A stretch of DNA of 64,000 nt from Pseudomonadota bacterium. GTDB lineage: Bacteria > Pseudomonadota > Gammaproteobacteria > Xanthomonadales > Xanthomonadaceae. Made by a program: the position numbers and the translations under genes. Positions 9,112 through 18,032 of the stretch are shown here, piece by piece. The stretch covers positions 12,744 to 76,743 of the forward strand of contig JAEWZE010000048.1 of assembly GCA_023395465.1 (NCBI GenBank), in the 5' to 3' direction. The notes under the pieces were generated by a model. The model saw nothing but the letters and a program-made list of their open reading frames with translations. It ran no database searches and had not been told where the DNA came from. Position 1 is the first letter of the stretch, and each line of letters begins with the position of its first letter.

Positions 9112-10635
9112 TTGGATACACCGGACAAGCGCCCAACCCAGGGCACGGATGACCGCAAGATCAAGCCTGAGCTGGCCGTGGGACCGCAGATCGCTGTGGG
9201 GCTGGAGCAGACCCAGATCAACAAGTTCCACACCAAGGGTGGGACGGGCTTTGCCGCGGAGGATGCCAACGCCCTGGGCGACGCGTTCAGCGGTCGCAAG
9301 GTCGAGTATGCGGGGAGGGACTGCTCCCTCAACGGTCCTGATCGCATCGTCGACGGCATCCGGATCCAGACGAAGTATTACGAGTCCGCGACGGAGACCA
9401 TGCGGTCCGCCTTCGACAGCGAGGGCGTGTACCGGTATGCAGGCCAGCGGCTCGAAGTGCCGGCCGACCAGTACGAGGCGTGCGTGGCCAAGATGCGCAC
9501 GAAGATCGCCGATGGCAAAGTCCCCGGCGTCTCGAACCCTGCCGACGCCGAATCGATCATCCACAAGGGCCGGGTCACGTACAGGCAGGCTCGCAACATC
9601 GCGCGTGCAGGCACGATTGACGGCCTGAAGTACGACGCCAAGACCCATGCCGTCGGCGCCGGCCTGGCGTGCGGCGTGTCCTTCGCCATCAACTTCGCCC
9701 AGCTGAAGTGGAACGGAGTGGACACCCAGGCCGCCCTGAAGGAAGCCGCCCTCAATGGACTGGGCACCGGCACCCTGTCCTTCACCGCCGGCATTGCCAC
9801 CTCCCAGGTCCTTCGCACCAAGGCCGCCGCCATCGGCGTGGTGGCTGCGCGCGATGGCGTGCGGAGCGTGCAGGGCACCCGGGCGGGGAAGCTGGTGATC
9901 GAGAAGATCGCTGCCGCCAGCCTGGGGCGATCGGTCCACGGCGCGGCGGCGACCAATCATGTTGCCAAGCTGGTCCGCAGCAACGTCGTGACGTCCGTGG
10001 TCGTGACCGCCGTCATCGCCACTCCCGACCTCTATCGCGCCACGTTCTCCAAGAGGATCTCGTGGAAGCAGTTCGGCAAGAACCTGACCGTCAACGCGAC
10101 CGGCGTCGCCGGCGGCGCCGGCGGCTGGTTCACCGGCGCCGCCGCAGGAGCCGCGCTGGGCTCCGTCGTGCCCATCCTGGGAACCGCGGTGGGAGGCATT
10201 GCAGGCGGGATCGTCGGATCCCTGACCGGCGGCACCCTTGCCGCGATGGGGTCCAAGAAGGCACTCGATCGATTCGTGGATGATGACGCCGTGGCGCTGT
10301 ACCCGGTGATCCAGGAGCAGCTCTCCCAGCTCGCGTCGGACTACATGCTGGACCGACAGGAGGTCGACGCGCTGATCCAGCAGGTCGAGAAGACGATCCG
10401 GCCGGGCTTCCTGCGCGACTTGTACGCATCGAAGGACCGGCCAGGGTTCCTCGAGGCGGCATTCGAGCCCGTATGCCAAGCCCTGGTGAAACAGCGCGCA
10501 CCTGTTGCCCTGCCCGATGCCTCCGCGCTGGACATTGCAGTCGCCCAGGCGCTGGAGGATGCGCTTCAGTCAGCCCAGACGGGCGGCGAAGCCAGCGGCC
10601 AAGCCCCTGCTGTTGCGGACCTGGCGGAGTCGTAG
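9112..10635 (+). CDS. Large membrane-associated protein with a glycine-zipper region (possibly YeeR-like)
   Basis: A 507-aa ORF with N-terminal GGTGFAAEDANALGD...GPDRIVDG..IQTKYY and central GVAGGAGGWFTGAAAGAALGSVVPILGTAVGGIAGGIVGSLTGG. The YeeR likeness is from memory only. Confidence 0.6.
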   Translation: MDTPDKRPTQGTDDRKIKPELAVGPQIAVGLEQTQINKFHTKGGTGFAAEDANALGDAFSGRKVEYAGRDCSLNGPDRIVDGIRIQTKYYESATETMRSAFDSEGVYRYAGQRLEVPADQYEACVAKMRTKIADGKVPGVSNPADAESIIHKGRVTYRQARNIARAGTIDGLKYDAKTHAVGAGLACGVSFAINFAQLKWNGVDTQAALKEAALNGLGTGTLSFTAGIATSQVLRTKAAAIGVVAARDGVRSVQGTRAGKLVIEKIAAASLGRSVHGAAATNHVAKLVRSNVVTSVVVTAVIATPDLYRATFSKRISWKQFGKNLTVNATGVAGGAGGWFTGAAAGAALGSVVPILGTAVGGIAGGIVGSLTGGTLAAMGSKKALDRFVDDDAVALYPVIQEQLSQLASDYMLDRQEVDALIQQVEKTIRPGFLRDLYASKDRPGFLEAAFEPVCQALVKQRAPVALPDASALDIAVAQALEDALQSAQTGGEASGQAPAVADLAES

Positions 10636-10706
10636 CCGCCCACTCGGTTCAGGCCGGTCCGTGCCACCGGCTGACATCACGACTTGCGCGCGGCCAATCC
10701 GGCGCG

Positions 10707-10739
10707 CCTACTTTCGCAGCCGCCCGCGGCTGGTTCCAT
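10707..10739 (+). promoter_or_regulatory. Recurrent promoter-like element (relaxed box)
   Basis: Box CCTACTTTC at 10707-10715 and hexamer TTCCAT at 10734-10739, 25 nt before ATG 10764. Confidence 0.3.
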
Positions 10740-10763
10740 GGCTCCTCGACCCCGGAGCCAGCC

Positions 10764-11033
10764 ATGCACACCGCCCTCGCATCCCAGCCGTCCACACCGG
10801 ACCCCGTCATCGTCATCGTCATCGACCGCCAGCCGCCGCGGCGCACGGGCTTTGCGCTGACCGTGGGCCACGGCTACGCAGCCGAAGTCGTCCGCCCGGA
10901 CGTTCGCCTGTTCGCTATCAGCGACGATCTCGGACAGCGCATGCTCGTTTCGCTCTTTGGCCGCACGCTTACCAACGGCGGCTACTGGCACCTGCAACAC
11001 GACGAGGCGGCCATCGCTACGCACTGCAACTGA
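10764..11033 (+). CDS. Hypothetical small protein
   Basis: ATG 10764 has GGAG upstream and lies within track ORF 10473-11033. Confidence 0.4.
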   Translation: MHTALASQPSTPDPVIVIVIDRQPPRRTGFALTVGHGYAAEVVRPDVRLFAISDDLGQRMLVSLFGRTLTNGGYWHLQHDEAAIATHCN

Positions 11034-11036
11034 CCT

Positions 11037-11069
11037 GCATCTTTCGCCGGCCGCCCGGCCTGCTGTAGT
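11037..11069 (+). promoter_or_regulatory. Recurrent promoter-like element (relaxed box)
   Basis: Box GCATCTTTC at 11037-11045 and hexamer TGTAGT at 11064-11069. Confidence 0.3.
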
Positions 11070-11096
11070 AGGTCCATCTTCTCGATGGAGCCACCG

Positions 11097-11606
11097 ATGC
11101 CCAGCGCCAACGAAGCCGTTCCCTCGCGCGCCGCTGCGCCAAAGCGCTATGCCGCCGTCTCGCGGCGCCTACACACCGACGCGGTGGTCATGGAACGGCG
11201 ATACAACGCCATGCGGTCCTCGGAGCTCGGCAGCCGGGCATGGCAAGACGCGGGTATCGAGTTCCTGCGCGAGGGGCTCAAGCGCGGCTGCATGGACCAC
11301 CTCAACCTGCTGGGCGACATGCGCGGGCCACACAGCGCGCTGAGTGAGCGCGCCACGGACGAGCTGTTTGAGAATCGCGATCTGTCGGATGCCTTTATTG
11401 CGCGCCTGCGGATCGCCGCGGCGAGAGAGCCCGACCTGGACCGCGGCCTACGAAGCTGGTTCGGCGACCGCCTGTTCACCGGCCCGCTCTCCAATGCCCA
11501 CCACGCGCACCCCGACCACGACCCGACCCCTGCCCCCTCCGGTCGCAGTGCTTCCCCGGTGGCGCCGGCCAGCACCTTGCCTCAACTTTCGCTGGGCTTT
11601 GCCTAG
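11097..11606 (+). CDS. Hypothetical protein; tandem paralogue of 11663-12034
   Basis: ATG 11097 has GGAG 6 nt upstream (alternative ATG at 11085). The segment AGIEFLREGLKRGCMDHLN...SERATDELFENRDLSDAFIARLR aligns with the next gene. Confidence 0.55.
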   Translation: MPSANEAVPSRAAAPKRYAAVSRRLHTDAVVMERRYNAMRSSELGSRAWQDAGIEFLREGLKRGCMDHLNLLGDMRGPHSALSERATDELFENRDLSDAFIARLRIAAAREPDLDRGLRSWFGDRLFTGPLSNAHHAHPDHDPTPAPSGRSASPVAPASTLPQLSLGFA

Positions 11607-11614
11607 AGCAAGAT
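11582..11614 (+). promoter_or_regulatory. Recurrent promoter-like element
   Basis: Box TCAACTTTC at 11582-11590 and hexamer CAAGAT at 11609-11614, 49 nt before ATG 11663. Confidence 0.4.
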
Positions 11615-11662
11615 CGTTGCAGTACCGGACTCGGCCGGCATATCCGCGACAAGGGGGCAAGC

Positions 11663-12034
11663 ATGTACTACTGGACTGGATCACTCGAAGATGCCCGCGC
11701 GATGCACGCGCTCGACAAAGACTTGCGCGAGGCTTCGCGCCGCAGCTTCGGCGGGCCGAAGTGGATGGCTGCCGGCGTGGCATTCATTCGCGAGGGCTTG
11801 AGGCGCGACTGCCTGGCCGATCTCAACGGCCTGGCCGATAGGCTGCAATCGCGCACCCAGCTGAGCGAGCGCTCGATGGACGAACTGTTCGAGTCGGGCG
11901 ACACGACTGACGCCTTCGTCGCCCACCTGCGGCTCGAAGCGGAGCGCGACCCCGTGTTCAAGGCCCAGCTGCTCAAGGAGTTCGGTGAGGGCCTGTTCAC
12001 ACGCCCCTTGACCCAGCAGGACATGTTCGCGTGA
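11663..12034 (+). CDS. Hypothetical protein; tandem paralogue of 11097-11606
   Basis: The segment AGVAFIREGLRRDCLADLN...SERSMDELFESGDTTDAFVAHLR aligns with the previous gene. Confidence 0.55.
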   Translation: MYYWTGSLEDARAMHALDKDLREASRRSFGGPKWMAAGVAFIREGLRRDCLADLNGLADRLQSRTQLSERSMDELFESGDTTDAFVAHLRLEAERDPVFKAQLLKEFGEGLFTRPLTQQDMFA

Positions 12035-12441
12035 TGCGCCTGGAAGCGGAGCATGCGGCCACCGGGCGCGCGGCCGCGCTCGAATGGCTGTGGGACCGCG
12101 TCATCGAACATGTGGCCGCCATGCGCCTGTCCACCGGGGAGCGCTACGAGGCCTGCACCGACGATGTCATGCTGCGCGACGCCAGCGCCGCCGACTGCCT
12201 CGGCTGGCTGGACGACTGCCAGGCGCGGCTTGGGTGCGACGTCACCGCAGCCCGCGCCGAGATGATGGCCTACCTCGCCGTGCGCGACGGGATTCCTGGC
12301 GAGCCGGCGGTGGGCGCCGCGATCGCGCCCGCGCTCCTGCACGCGATGGGCCGCCTCCACCGCTTCCACCCGGTCCTAGTCGGTCTGCGCGTCGCAGCCG
12401 AAGGCAACAAGCCGCCCACCACGGACAGCGCATCACGCTGA
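12031..12441 (+). CDS. Hypothetical protein
   Basis: A GTG/ATG at 12031/12034 overlaps the upstream stop (GTGATG). Confidence 0.45.
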   Translation: MMRLEAEHAATGRAAALEWLWDRVIEHVAAMRLSTGERYEACTDDVMLRDASAADCLGWLDDCQARLGCDVTAARAEMMAYLAVRDGIPGEPAVGAAIAPALLHAMGRLHRFHPVLVGLRVAAEGNKPPTTDSASR

Positions 12442-12465
12442 TCCGGCCCCGGCGCGCGGGCCTGG

Positions 12466-12498
12466 CCAACTTTCTCGCCCTGTCTCGCGCCCTAGCCT
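12466..12498 (+). promoter_or_regulatory. Recurrent promoter-like element
   Basis: Box CCAACTTTC at 12466-12474 and hexamer TAGCCT at 12493-12498, 45 nt before ATG 12543. Confidence 0.4.
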
Positions 12499-12542
12499 GT
12501 TCCTAGAGCCGCAATCCGCGGCCTCACCACGAGGAGACCTTC

Positions 12543-12848
12543 ATGGACAAGCGAGCCGAGACCGGCTACTGGGTGATGCGCGTGCCGGTGATCTCCACCG
12601 CACACATCACGCCCGCCGTCGGCCAGGAGCTGCACGAGCTGCTGCCCGGCGAGGAGTTCTACGACACGCCCTGCATGGGCGGCGCGCACGGCTCGATGCT
12701 CTACTGCGCCGACACCGACAACCTGCCCGAGGACGCGCCCCAGTGCCTGCGCGATGTCCTGGCCTGGGCGCGCGGCGAAGGCTTCGAGTGGGTGCGACTC
12801 GATGCCGACGGCGACAGCATCGACGGCCTGCCGGAGTTCGACTGGTAA
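12543..12848 (+). CDS. Hypothetical acidic protein (conserved mobile-element type)
   Basis: GAGGAG lies 7 nt upstream. The N-terminus MRVPVISTAHITP... resembles small island-borne proteins I recall without being able to name the family. Confidence 0.55.
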   Translation: MDKRAETGYWVMRVPVISTAHITPAVGQELHELLPGEEFYDTPCMGGAHGSMLYCADTDNLPEDAPQCLRDVLAWARGEGFEWVRLDADGDSIDGLPEFDW

Positions 12849-13186
12849 TGGCCGCCCTGACCCCCTATCTGGTCGAGTACCGCGAGGAGCAAACGCAGGC
12901 CCTTGGCTTCCCATGCTGGGCCGAGGACGCCGGCCACGCGGTCGAGCAGTGCCAGGATGCCTACCCCGCCGCGGTGGTGGTGTGCGCGCTCCCGCAGACC
13001 GCCTGCCCCGGTCCGGATGGCAGCCCGGGCTTCTGGATCATTCGCAGCGCGGAGTGTCCGGACGACCTCTGGTCCAACGAGGACGGCTGGACCAGCGGCC
13101 CTGATTTCACCGTGTTCGACAGTAGCGACACCGGCCACGGTCTGCCGATCGGTGGTGAGTGGGTTCGGTTGCGCATCGCCGGGTAG
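12848..13186 (+). CDS. Hypothetical protein
   Basis: ATG 12848 overlaps the upstream TAA (TAATG). Confidence 0.5.
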   Translation: MAALTPYLVEYREEQTQALGFPCWAEDAGHAVEQCQDAYPAAVVVCALPQTACPGPDGSPGFWIIRSAECPDDLWSNEDGWTSGPDFTVFDSSDTGHGLPIGGEWVRLRIAG

Positions 13187-13438
13187 TCCGCAGTGGCCCC
13201 CCGGCCGCTAACATTGGCTGGCCCACCCATGCGCATGCCCTAATGGCCAACCCGGGCTGCCATTGATTCTGCTGCCTGGTTTGCCAGCCCATGCGTGGTC
13301 GCGGCTTGCAAGAGGGCAGGCTCGAACCCGGGCCGCCACCGAATTACGAGTTGCAGTGGATGTTGGTGTAGCTTGATGAGGCAAAGCACGCGGGCGAGCG
13401 TAACGATTAATCCGATCCACGAACACTAGGGGGAATAG

Positions 13439-13819
13439 ATGGCAAAGTGCCGGATGTGCGGCGACGTGGCAGGCTTCGCCATGGAACTGTGTGACTCGTG
13501 TCAGCGTTCCCAGGCGCACGCAGAATCCGAGCGAGCGGCGCGCGCAGTCAGAACGGAGCTAGCCGATGCCAAGTTGGAAGAAGGCGAGACCGCAGCGCGG
13601 ATCGGCAACGTGATCATTTGGCTGAGCTTGTTCGGAAGTCTGATATGCGTGTTCGGATTTGGCAGAGTTTCCGGTGCATACGGCGAGAAAGCGGTGTGGA
13701 ATGGCGTCTTGGTGACCATGTTCATCGCCGCCGGTCTTAACGGTGCCTTTTTCGGCTACCTGTTGTCCAAGGTGGGCAGCATCCTCATTCGGCTCCAGAA
13801 GCTCACCGACTCGAACTGA
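13439..13819 (+). CDS. Membrane protein with an N-terminal CxxC...CxxC zinc ribbon and two TM segments
   Basis: GGGGGA precedes the ATG. The ribbon is CRMCGDVAGFAMELCDSC, followed by two hydrophobic helices. The gene and its upstream spacer are low in GC. Confidence 0.55.
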   Translation: MAKCRMCGDVAGFAMELCDSCQRSQAHAESERAARAVRTELADAKLEEGETAARIGNVIIWLSLFGSLICVFGFGRVSGAYGEKAVWNGVLVTMFIAAGLNGAFFGYLLSKVGSILIRLQKLTDSN

Positions 13820-13916
13820 TCGTCCGAACAAACCGCCAAACCGGCGGTTCTGATTTGCTTCGACGCCCGGCATGCCCGGGCGTTCGCATGTTTGGCTGCT
13901 GCCAACGCACGACCGC

Positions 13917-13949
13917 CCAACTTTCCGGCGCCGGTCAATCTCGCATATT
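13917..13949 (+). promoter_or_regulatory. Recurrent promoter-like element
   Basis: Box CCAACTTTC at 13917-13925 and hexamer CATATT at 13944-13949, 32 nt before ATG 13981. Confidence 0.4.
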
Positions 13950-13980
13950 GGAGAGACTCCAACCAGACGAGCCAAGACCG

Positions 13981-14268
13981 ATGAACACGACCCCCGCCAG
14001 CCAGACCGATCAGCAGCGGCGCGTTGCGGCCTGCCTGCGCGCCTGCGAGGGCATGACCACCGAGCAGCTGGAGGGAATGGTCACCGAGTCCGATGACGGC
14101 GTTCTGGCGCTGGCCAACGAGGTATGCGAGGCGATCTGGGAACGGCATGGCATCGACCTGCACGGCGATGACGCAATCGAGGGCTCGGACGCGGTGGATA
14201 CGCTCTCCGAGCTCTACATCCAGCTTGAGAACGTCGTCCGCTACGCGCGCACCGTCCGCCTGCCTTGA
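13981..14268 (+). CDS. Hypothetical acidic protein
   Basis: ATG 13981 lies within track ORF 13855-14268. Confidence 0.5.
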   Translation: MNTTPASQTDQQRRVAACLRACEGMTTEQLEGMVTESDDGVLALANEVCEAIWERHGIDLHGDDAIEGSDAVDTLSELYIQLENVVRYARTVRLP

Positions 14269-14339
14269 GCGGCAAACCCGGCCGCGTGATCGACGCGCGG
14301 CCCCGACCCGGCGGCTCCGGAACACCGAAGGAAAACGCA

Positions 14340-14570
14340 ATGTCCGAGAAGCAAACCTGGTACTGCGCGCGATGCGGCAGTCACGATATTCGCCACGATG
14401 CCACCGCGCAATGGGACAGGGAAACCGAGACCTGGACTGTCCTGGACGTCCTGGACGCAACCTGGTGCCACCCTTGCCAACTGGCCCATCCCGGCAGCGA
14501 CGCTGGCGAACCTGTGTACGGCTTCCCAGCCGGCGAGCAGGCCGATCAAGCCGAACAGGAGGCTGCATGA
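14340..14570 (+). CDS. Small zinc-ribbon protein (CxxCG...CxxC), paralogue 1
   Basis: AAGGAAAA precedes ATG 14340. The motif region is YCARCGSHDIRHDATAQWDRETETW...CHPC. Confidence 0.5.
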   Translation: MSEKQTWYCARCGSHDIRHDATAQWDRETETWTVLDVLDATWCHPCQLAHPGSDAGEPVYGFPAGEQADQAEQEAA

Positions 14571-14797
14571 ACGCTACCACCCAGAGCCCGGTGTGCAACC
14601 GCTGCGGGGGACCGAATATCTGCATCGACGCGGCCGCGCGGTGGGACGAAGATGCAGGGAACTGGGTCGTCAGCTCGTATTTCGATGATGGACATTGCGA
14701 CGACTGCGAGGACGAGTGCCAGGTGGACTGGGTGTCTGTGAAAGCCAATACCGCTTCGCTGCCATCCACCCAGCCGCCCACGCCGGCCGAAACCTGA
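14567..14797 (+). CDS. Small zinc-ribbon protein (CxxCG...CxxC), paralogue 2
   Basis: ATG 14567 overlaps the upstream stop (ATGA). The motif region is VCNRCGGPNICIDAAARWDEDAGNW...CDDC. Confidence 0.5.
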   Translation: MNATTQSPVCNRCGGPNICIDAAARWDEDAGNWVVSSYFDDGHCDDCEDECQVDWVSVKANTASLPSTQPPTPAET

Positions 14798-15040
14798 ACG
14801 CGCTGGGTGTTGCATGGCACCCAACCTGCCCGTCGTGGTATCAAATCGGCACGGGCGCCAAGTCCGGCCGATTGGGGGGCCAGTTGGCCATATCAGGGGG
14901 AACAGCATGCACCGCATCACCGCATCGTCCAGGGAAACAGACGCCACGCACTTAGTACGCGGCTGATTCGTCGCGTGTCACTGCTACCGGCTGCCCGCGA
15001 GGGCGGCACGGCGTTTGCTCAACAGAAAAGGAGAATTCTC

Positions 15041-15619
15041 ATGCGCATGCTCATCTTCCTGGTCACCGTCGCCGTCCAGGTGGGGATGGTGTATTTCGCG
15101 GCTGGCCCTATTCCCCTCATCGCTTTGTGGTTGCTGGGGCTTGGCGCGTTCGCCATCGCCATGCGCAGCACCGATCCCCATGTTCGGCGCCTGTGGCGTC
15201 CTCTGTCGGTCCTGGCGGCGCTCGGCGTGATCGTTGTGCTCACCGTTCTGGTGTTCGGCGGCGGCCAGCCTCACGCGAGTTACAAGATCTTCTTGGTCGT
15301 GATGACGGTGACGATTCTGGTCCAGCTGTACCTGTTCCTGTCCTACAAGCCGGTCGCGAGGAACCACGCTCCCGTCTACACCGGCACCACCCTCTCGCCA
15401 CCGAGTTCCGGTGGGCGGGTCAGCCCCCAGATCGTTGAGAAGTGGAAGCACGAGGCCGACAAGCTGCTGGCAGAGGTTGCCGAGAAGAACCAACAGATCC
15501 GCGAGCTCAAGACCCGCGTGGCCCAGCTCGAAGAGCGAGTGGCCAGGCAGAATCGGCTGTTGGCCCAGGTAGACGATCCGTTCGCCGACGAACCCACACA
15601 GAGCCCAAAGGGAAACTGA
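15041..15619 (+). CDS. Integral membrane protein with a C-terminal coiled coil
   Basis: AAAAGGAGAA precedes ATG 15041. There are about 4 hydrophobic helices, followed by KLLAEVAEKNQQIRELKTRVAQLEERVARQNRLLAQ. Confidence 0.6.
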   Translation: MRMLIFLVTVAVQVGMVYFAAGPIPLIALWLLGLGAFAIAMRSTDPHVRRLWRPLSVLAALGVIVVLTVLVFGGGQPHASYKIFLVVMTVTILVQLYLFLSYKPVARNHAPVYTGTTLSPPSSGGRVSPQIVEKWKHEADKLLAEVAEKNQQIRELKTRVAQLEERVARQNRLLAQVDDPFADEPTQSPKGN

Positions 15620-15620
15620 C

Positions 15621-16115
15621 ATGACCACCATGCGAACTGCCCTCGCTGCCCTCCTCCTGGCGCCTGCGCTGGCCAGCGCCCAGTCTGGACCCAGCATTGT
15701 TCTCGATAGCATGAACACCGACGGGGCCGACGTCACTGGAACCTGCGGAGCCGCCCAGGTCGCCATCGACGGCATTGGGGCCGGCGAGGAACAGCACATC
15801 GATGGCTTCGAGGGTTCGATCACCATCACCGCAGGCGGCAAGACCTTGCGGGCCGACAAGGACAGTGGCGGCACGATCCCGATGGAGAACTTCGCGCAGG
15901 TCCACTGCGTTGCGACCCCCAACGGCGCCCGCCTGGTGGTCGCTGCGCACTGTGCGTCCAGCTACTGCCTTCCGATCAACTACACCGTCATCGACCCGGC
16001 CAGCGCGGAGATCGTCAGCGTTGGCGACGGCGAATGGGGATGCGACGGCGCCTGCGCCGAGAAGGCGCTGGGCACACAGCTGCCCGCCGCCATCCGGGGC
16101 ATGCAGTACAACTAG
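15621..16115 (+). CDS. Secreted Cys-containing protein
   Basis: The Sec signal ends ASA-Q. The ATG lies 2 nt after the upstream stop. Confidence 0.55.
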   Translation: MTTMRTALAALLLAPALASAQSGPSIVLDSMNTDGADVTGTCGAAQVAIDGIGAGEEQHIDGFEGSITITAGGKTLRADKDSGGTIPMENFAQVHCVATPNGARLVVAAHCASSYCLPINYTVIDPASAEIVSVGDGEWGCDGACAEKALGTQLPAAIRGMQYN

Positions 16116-16161
16116 GCGTCCACCTCGGACGGTCCGCCCGTCCAGCAAGAGCAGCTCCACA

Positions 16162-16184
16162 GGCCCGCCCCGCGCGGGCCTTTT
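16162..16184 (+). terminator. Rho-independent terminator candidate
   Basis: Stem GGCCCGC/GCGGGCC (7 bp), loop CCCGC, then TTTT. Confidence 0.5.
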
Positions 16185-16201
16185 GCTGTGCGTGCGGAGC
16201 T

Positions 16202-16234
16202 GCAAGTTTCCCGCCGCTGGCGCCTTGCCACCAT
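16202..16234 (+). promoter_or_regulatory. Recurrent promoter-like element
   Basis: Box GCAAGTTTC at 16202-16210 and hexamer CACCAT at 16229-16234. Confidence 0.4.
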
Positions 16235-16296
16235 GTCCCCATCGCGATACGCGACACCGACCGGGCGGAACCCGGCGTAAGCACAGGAGAATGGAC

Positions 16297-16647
16297 ATGG
16301 GTTGGAGCTTCGGATGGCACGACCGGCACGAGATGATCGCGCACATGCTAAATCCCATCTGCCGCACGACCGTCATCGACCACAGTGTCCACGACGACCA
16401 TGTCTGGACGCTCCACCAGGTCCGCCCGGGGTTCGGCACCGAGGCCCACCCGGAAGGCAGCTGCTTCATCCGCATGCACCTGCTGGAGATGGAGGACGGC
16501 GAATGGGGCATGAAGACCGTCTCCGAGGCGGAAGGTCCATACCTGTTTGACTGCCCACTCTCAATCCTCGACCGGAGCGACGATCAATCCGGGAACGCCG
16601 TGCGCTGGCGCGAGCGTTGTCGCCGACAGCTGGGGGTGGCGGCATGA
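16297..16647 (+). CDS. MGW-start family protein; paralogue of 27171-27722
   Basis: AGGAGA precedes ATG 16297 (alternative ATG at 16291). The segments MGWSFGWHDRHEMIAHML...VIDHSV...RWRERCR are shared with 27171. Confidence 0.55.
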   Translation: MGWSFGWHDRHEMIAHMLNPICRTTVIDHSVHDDHVWTLHQVRPGFGTEAHPEGSCFIRMHLLEMEDGEWGMKTVSEAEGPYLFDCPLSILDRSDDQSGNAVRWRERCRRQLGVAA

Positions 16648-16808
16648 GCGCCGTTACCGCGGCCGCGGCACTGCAGGACGTGCGCCACACCGACTGCGGC
16701 CTGCGCGCCGTGTGGGACCCCGACGCGGAGCTGTGGCGCTACTACCGACTCAACTGGCGCACCGACTCCTACGAGGAAACGGGCAGCACGCTGGAGTTCC
16801 AGCCTTGA
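16644..16808 (+). CDS. Hypothetical small protein
   Basis: ATG 16644 overlaps the upstream stop (ATGA). Confidence 0.35.
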   Translation: MSAVTAAAALQDVRHTDCGLRAVWDPDAELWRYYRLNWRTDSYEETGSTLEFQP

Positions 16809-16843
16809 ACGCCCTGACCACCCGAGAATCGAACGAGTACGAC

Positions 16844-17698
16844 ATGGACTACCCCGCCGCCACCTTCCTCCCGCAGCTGCTCTCCTGCCTGATCGCCTGC
16901 GACATCTACGAGGCGCAGGTGCAGGGTCGCACGGCGGCCGACATCTCGGCCAAGACTGCCTCTGAATGCGCCCGCCGCGTGGCCGATCTGCTGCCGCCGG
17001 CCGCTGGCGAGCTGACGGCCGAGGTCCTGCACGACAAGCTCCGCCTGGACGCCGACATGCCTCGCGAAACGCGCTTCGCCCTGGTGGATCGCATGCTGGA
17101 GGAATGGGCCGAGGCCCGCGCCGGCCAGCGCCCCGTCCCGCAGGCCACGCCCGCCGCCGCGTCCGCCACGGAGCCCAGACGCTACTCGCTCGACACCCTG
17201 GCCGAGATCCTGGCGCAAATCGTCCAGTTCGCGCAGGACGACTACCAGGACCAGCCGGGCGGCCCGCTCCCCGCCGACATCGCCTGGAACGTCGCCTACA
17301 CCTGCGCCTGCTTCCTCGCCCAGCACGCCGCCGCAAGGCCGGTGAGCGTCGAGACCGCGGTTGCGTACGAGGGTCTGGAAGTCGCCCGTGCGATGCCCTA
17401 CGCCGAGCGTGTGGCGCTGGCCGCCCAGCTGATCGGAACCATCGCGGCCGGCGACGACGAACCGGGCCAGCCGCTCGCACCCGAAGACCGCGCCGAGCTG
17501 ATCCGCATCCTGGCTGACGACCTGGCCGATTCGGTCCTGAGCGACAGCGATTTCGCCCGCGGCTTCGTGCTGGACACCGCGCAGCGCGGCTACCGGGCCC
17601 TGACCACCCGCACGGATGCCGAGCTGCTCCAGTGGCATGTCGATTCGTTCGACTGCGAGTTCGTCGCGTCGGACAGCACCTACCTCGAGCCGGCCTGA
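16844..17698 (+). CDS. Hypothetical protein
   Basis: ATG 16844. An alternative TTG at 16805 overlaps the upstream stop. Composition is plausible. Confidence 0.5.
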   Translation: MDYPAATFLPQLLSCLIACDIYEAQVQGRTAADISAKTASECARRVADLLPPAAGELTAEVLHDKLRLDADMPRETRFALVDRMLEEWAEARAGQRPVPQATPAAASATEPRRYSLDTLAEILAQIVQFAQDDYQDQPGGPLPADIAWNVAYTCACFLAQHAAARPVSVETAVAYEGLEVARAMPYAERVALAAQLIGTIAAGDDEPGQPLAPEDRAELIRILADDLADSVLSDSDFARGFVLDTAQRGYRALTTRTDAELLQWHVDSFDCEFVASDSTYLEPA

Positions 17699-17702
17699 TC
17701 GC

Positions 17703-17915
17703 ATGAGCGACGCGCCATCCCGCGCACCCACCCTGAAGTGGCACGCCCGCGCCGTCGGCAAGGGCTACGGCGTGGCCCGACCGATTCCCGGCCAGCCCGG
17801 ACTGTGGGAGTACCGCATCAACGCCTCGGGCACACGCCGGCTGCAGTACCGCTCCAGCGACGCTGCCCAGAAGCATGCCGACGCTCTCAATGCCTCCCCG
17901 CCGCCGACCCCCTGA
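17703..17915 (+). CDS. Hypothetical small protein
   Basis: ATG 17703 lies 5 nt after the upstream stop. Confidence 0.4.
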   Translation: MSDAPSRAPTLKWHARAVGKGYGVARPIPGQPGLWEYRINASGTRRLQYRSSDAAQKHADALNASPPPTP

Positions 17916-18032
17916 CCCATCGCGGACAATGACGCGGCCAGCCAGGCCAACATAGCCTGCTGGTTCACTGGTGCTATGTCTGTCCTTGTCGCACGCCGCG
18001 CTCGACGCCTACCGAACGCGGCCAGGGGTCGG

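Noticed and set aside
13315-13345. tRNA-like 3' end (GGCTCGAACCCGGGCCGCCACC) as a possible att site.
   Set aside because: The flanking bases do not form a T-stem (only 3 of 5 pairs) and no matching acceptor stem or second copy is visible. I kept it only as a low-interest note within the spacer finding.
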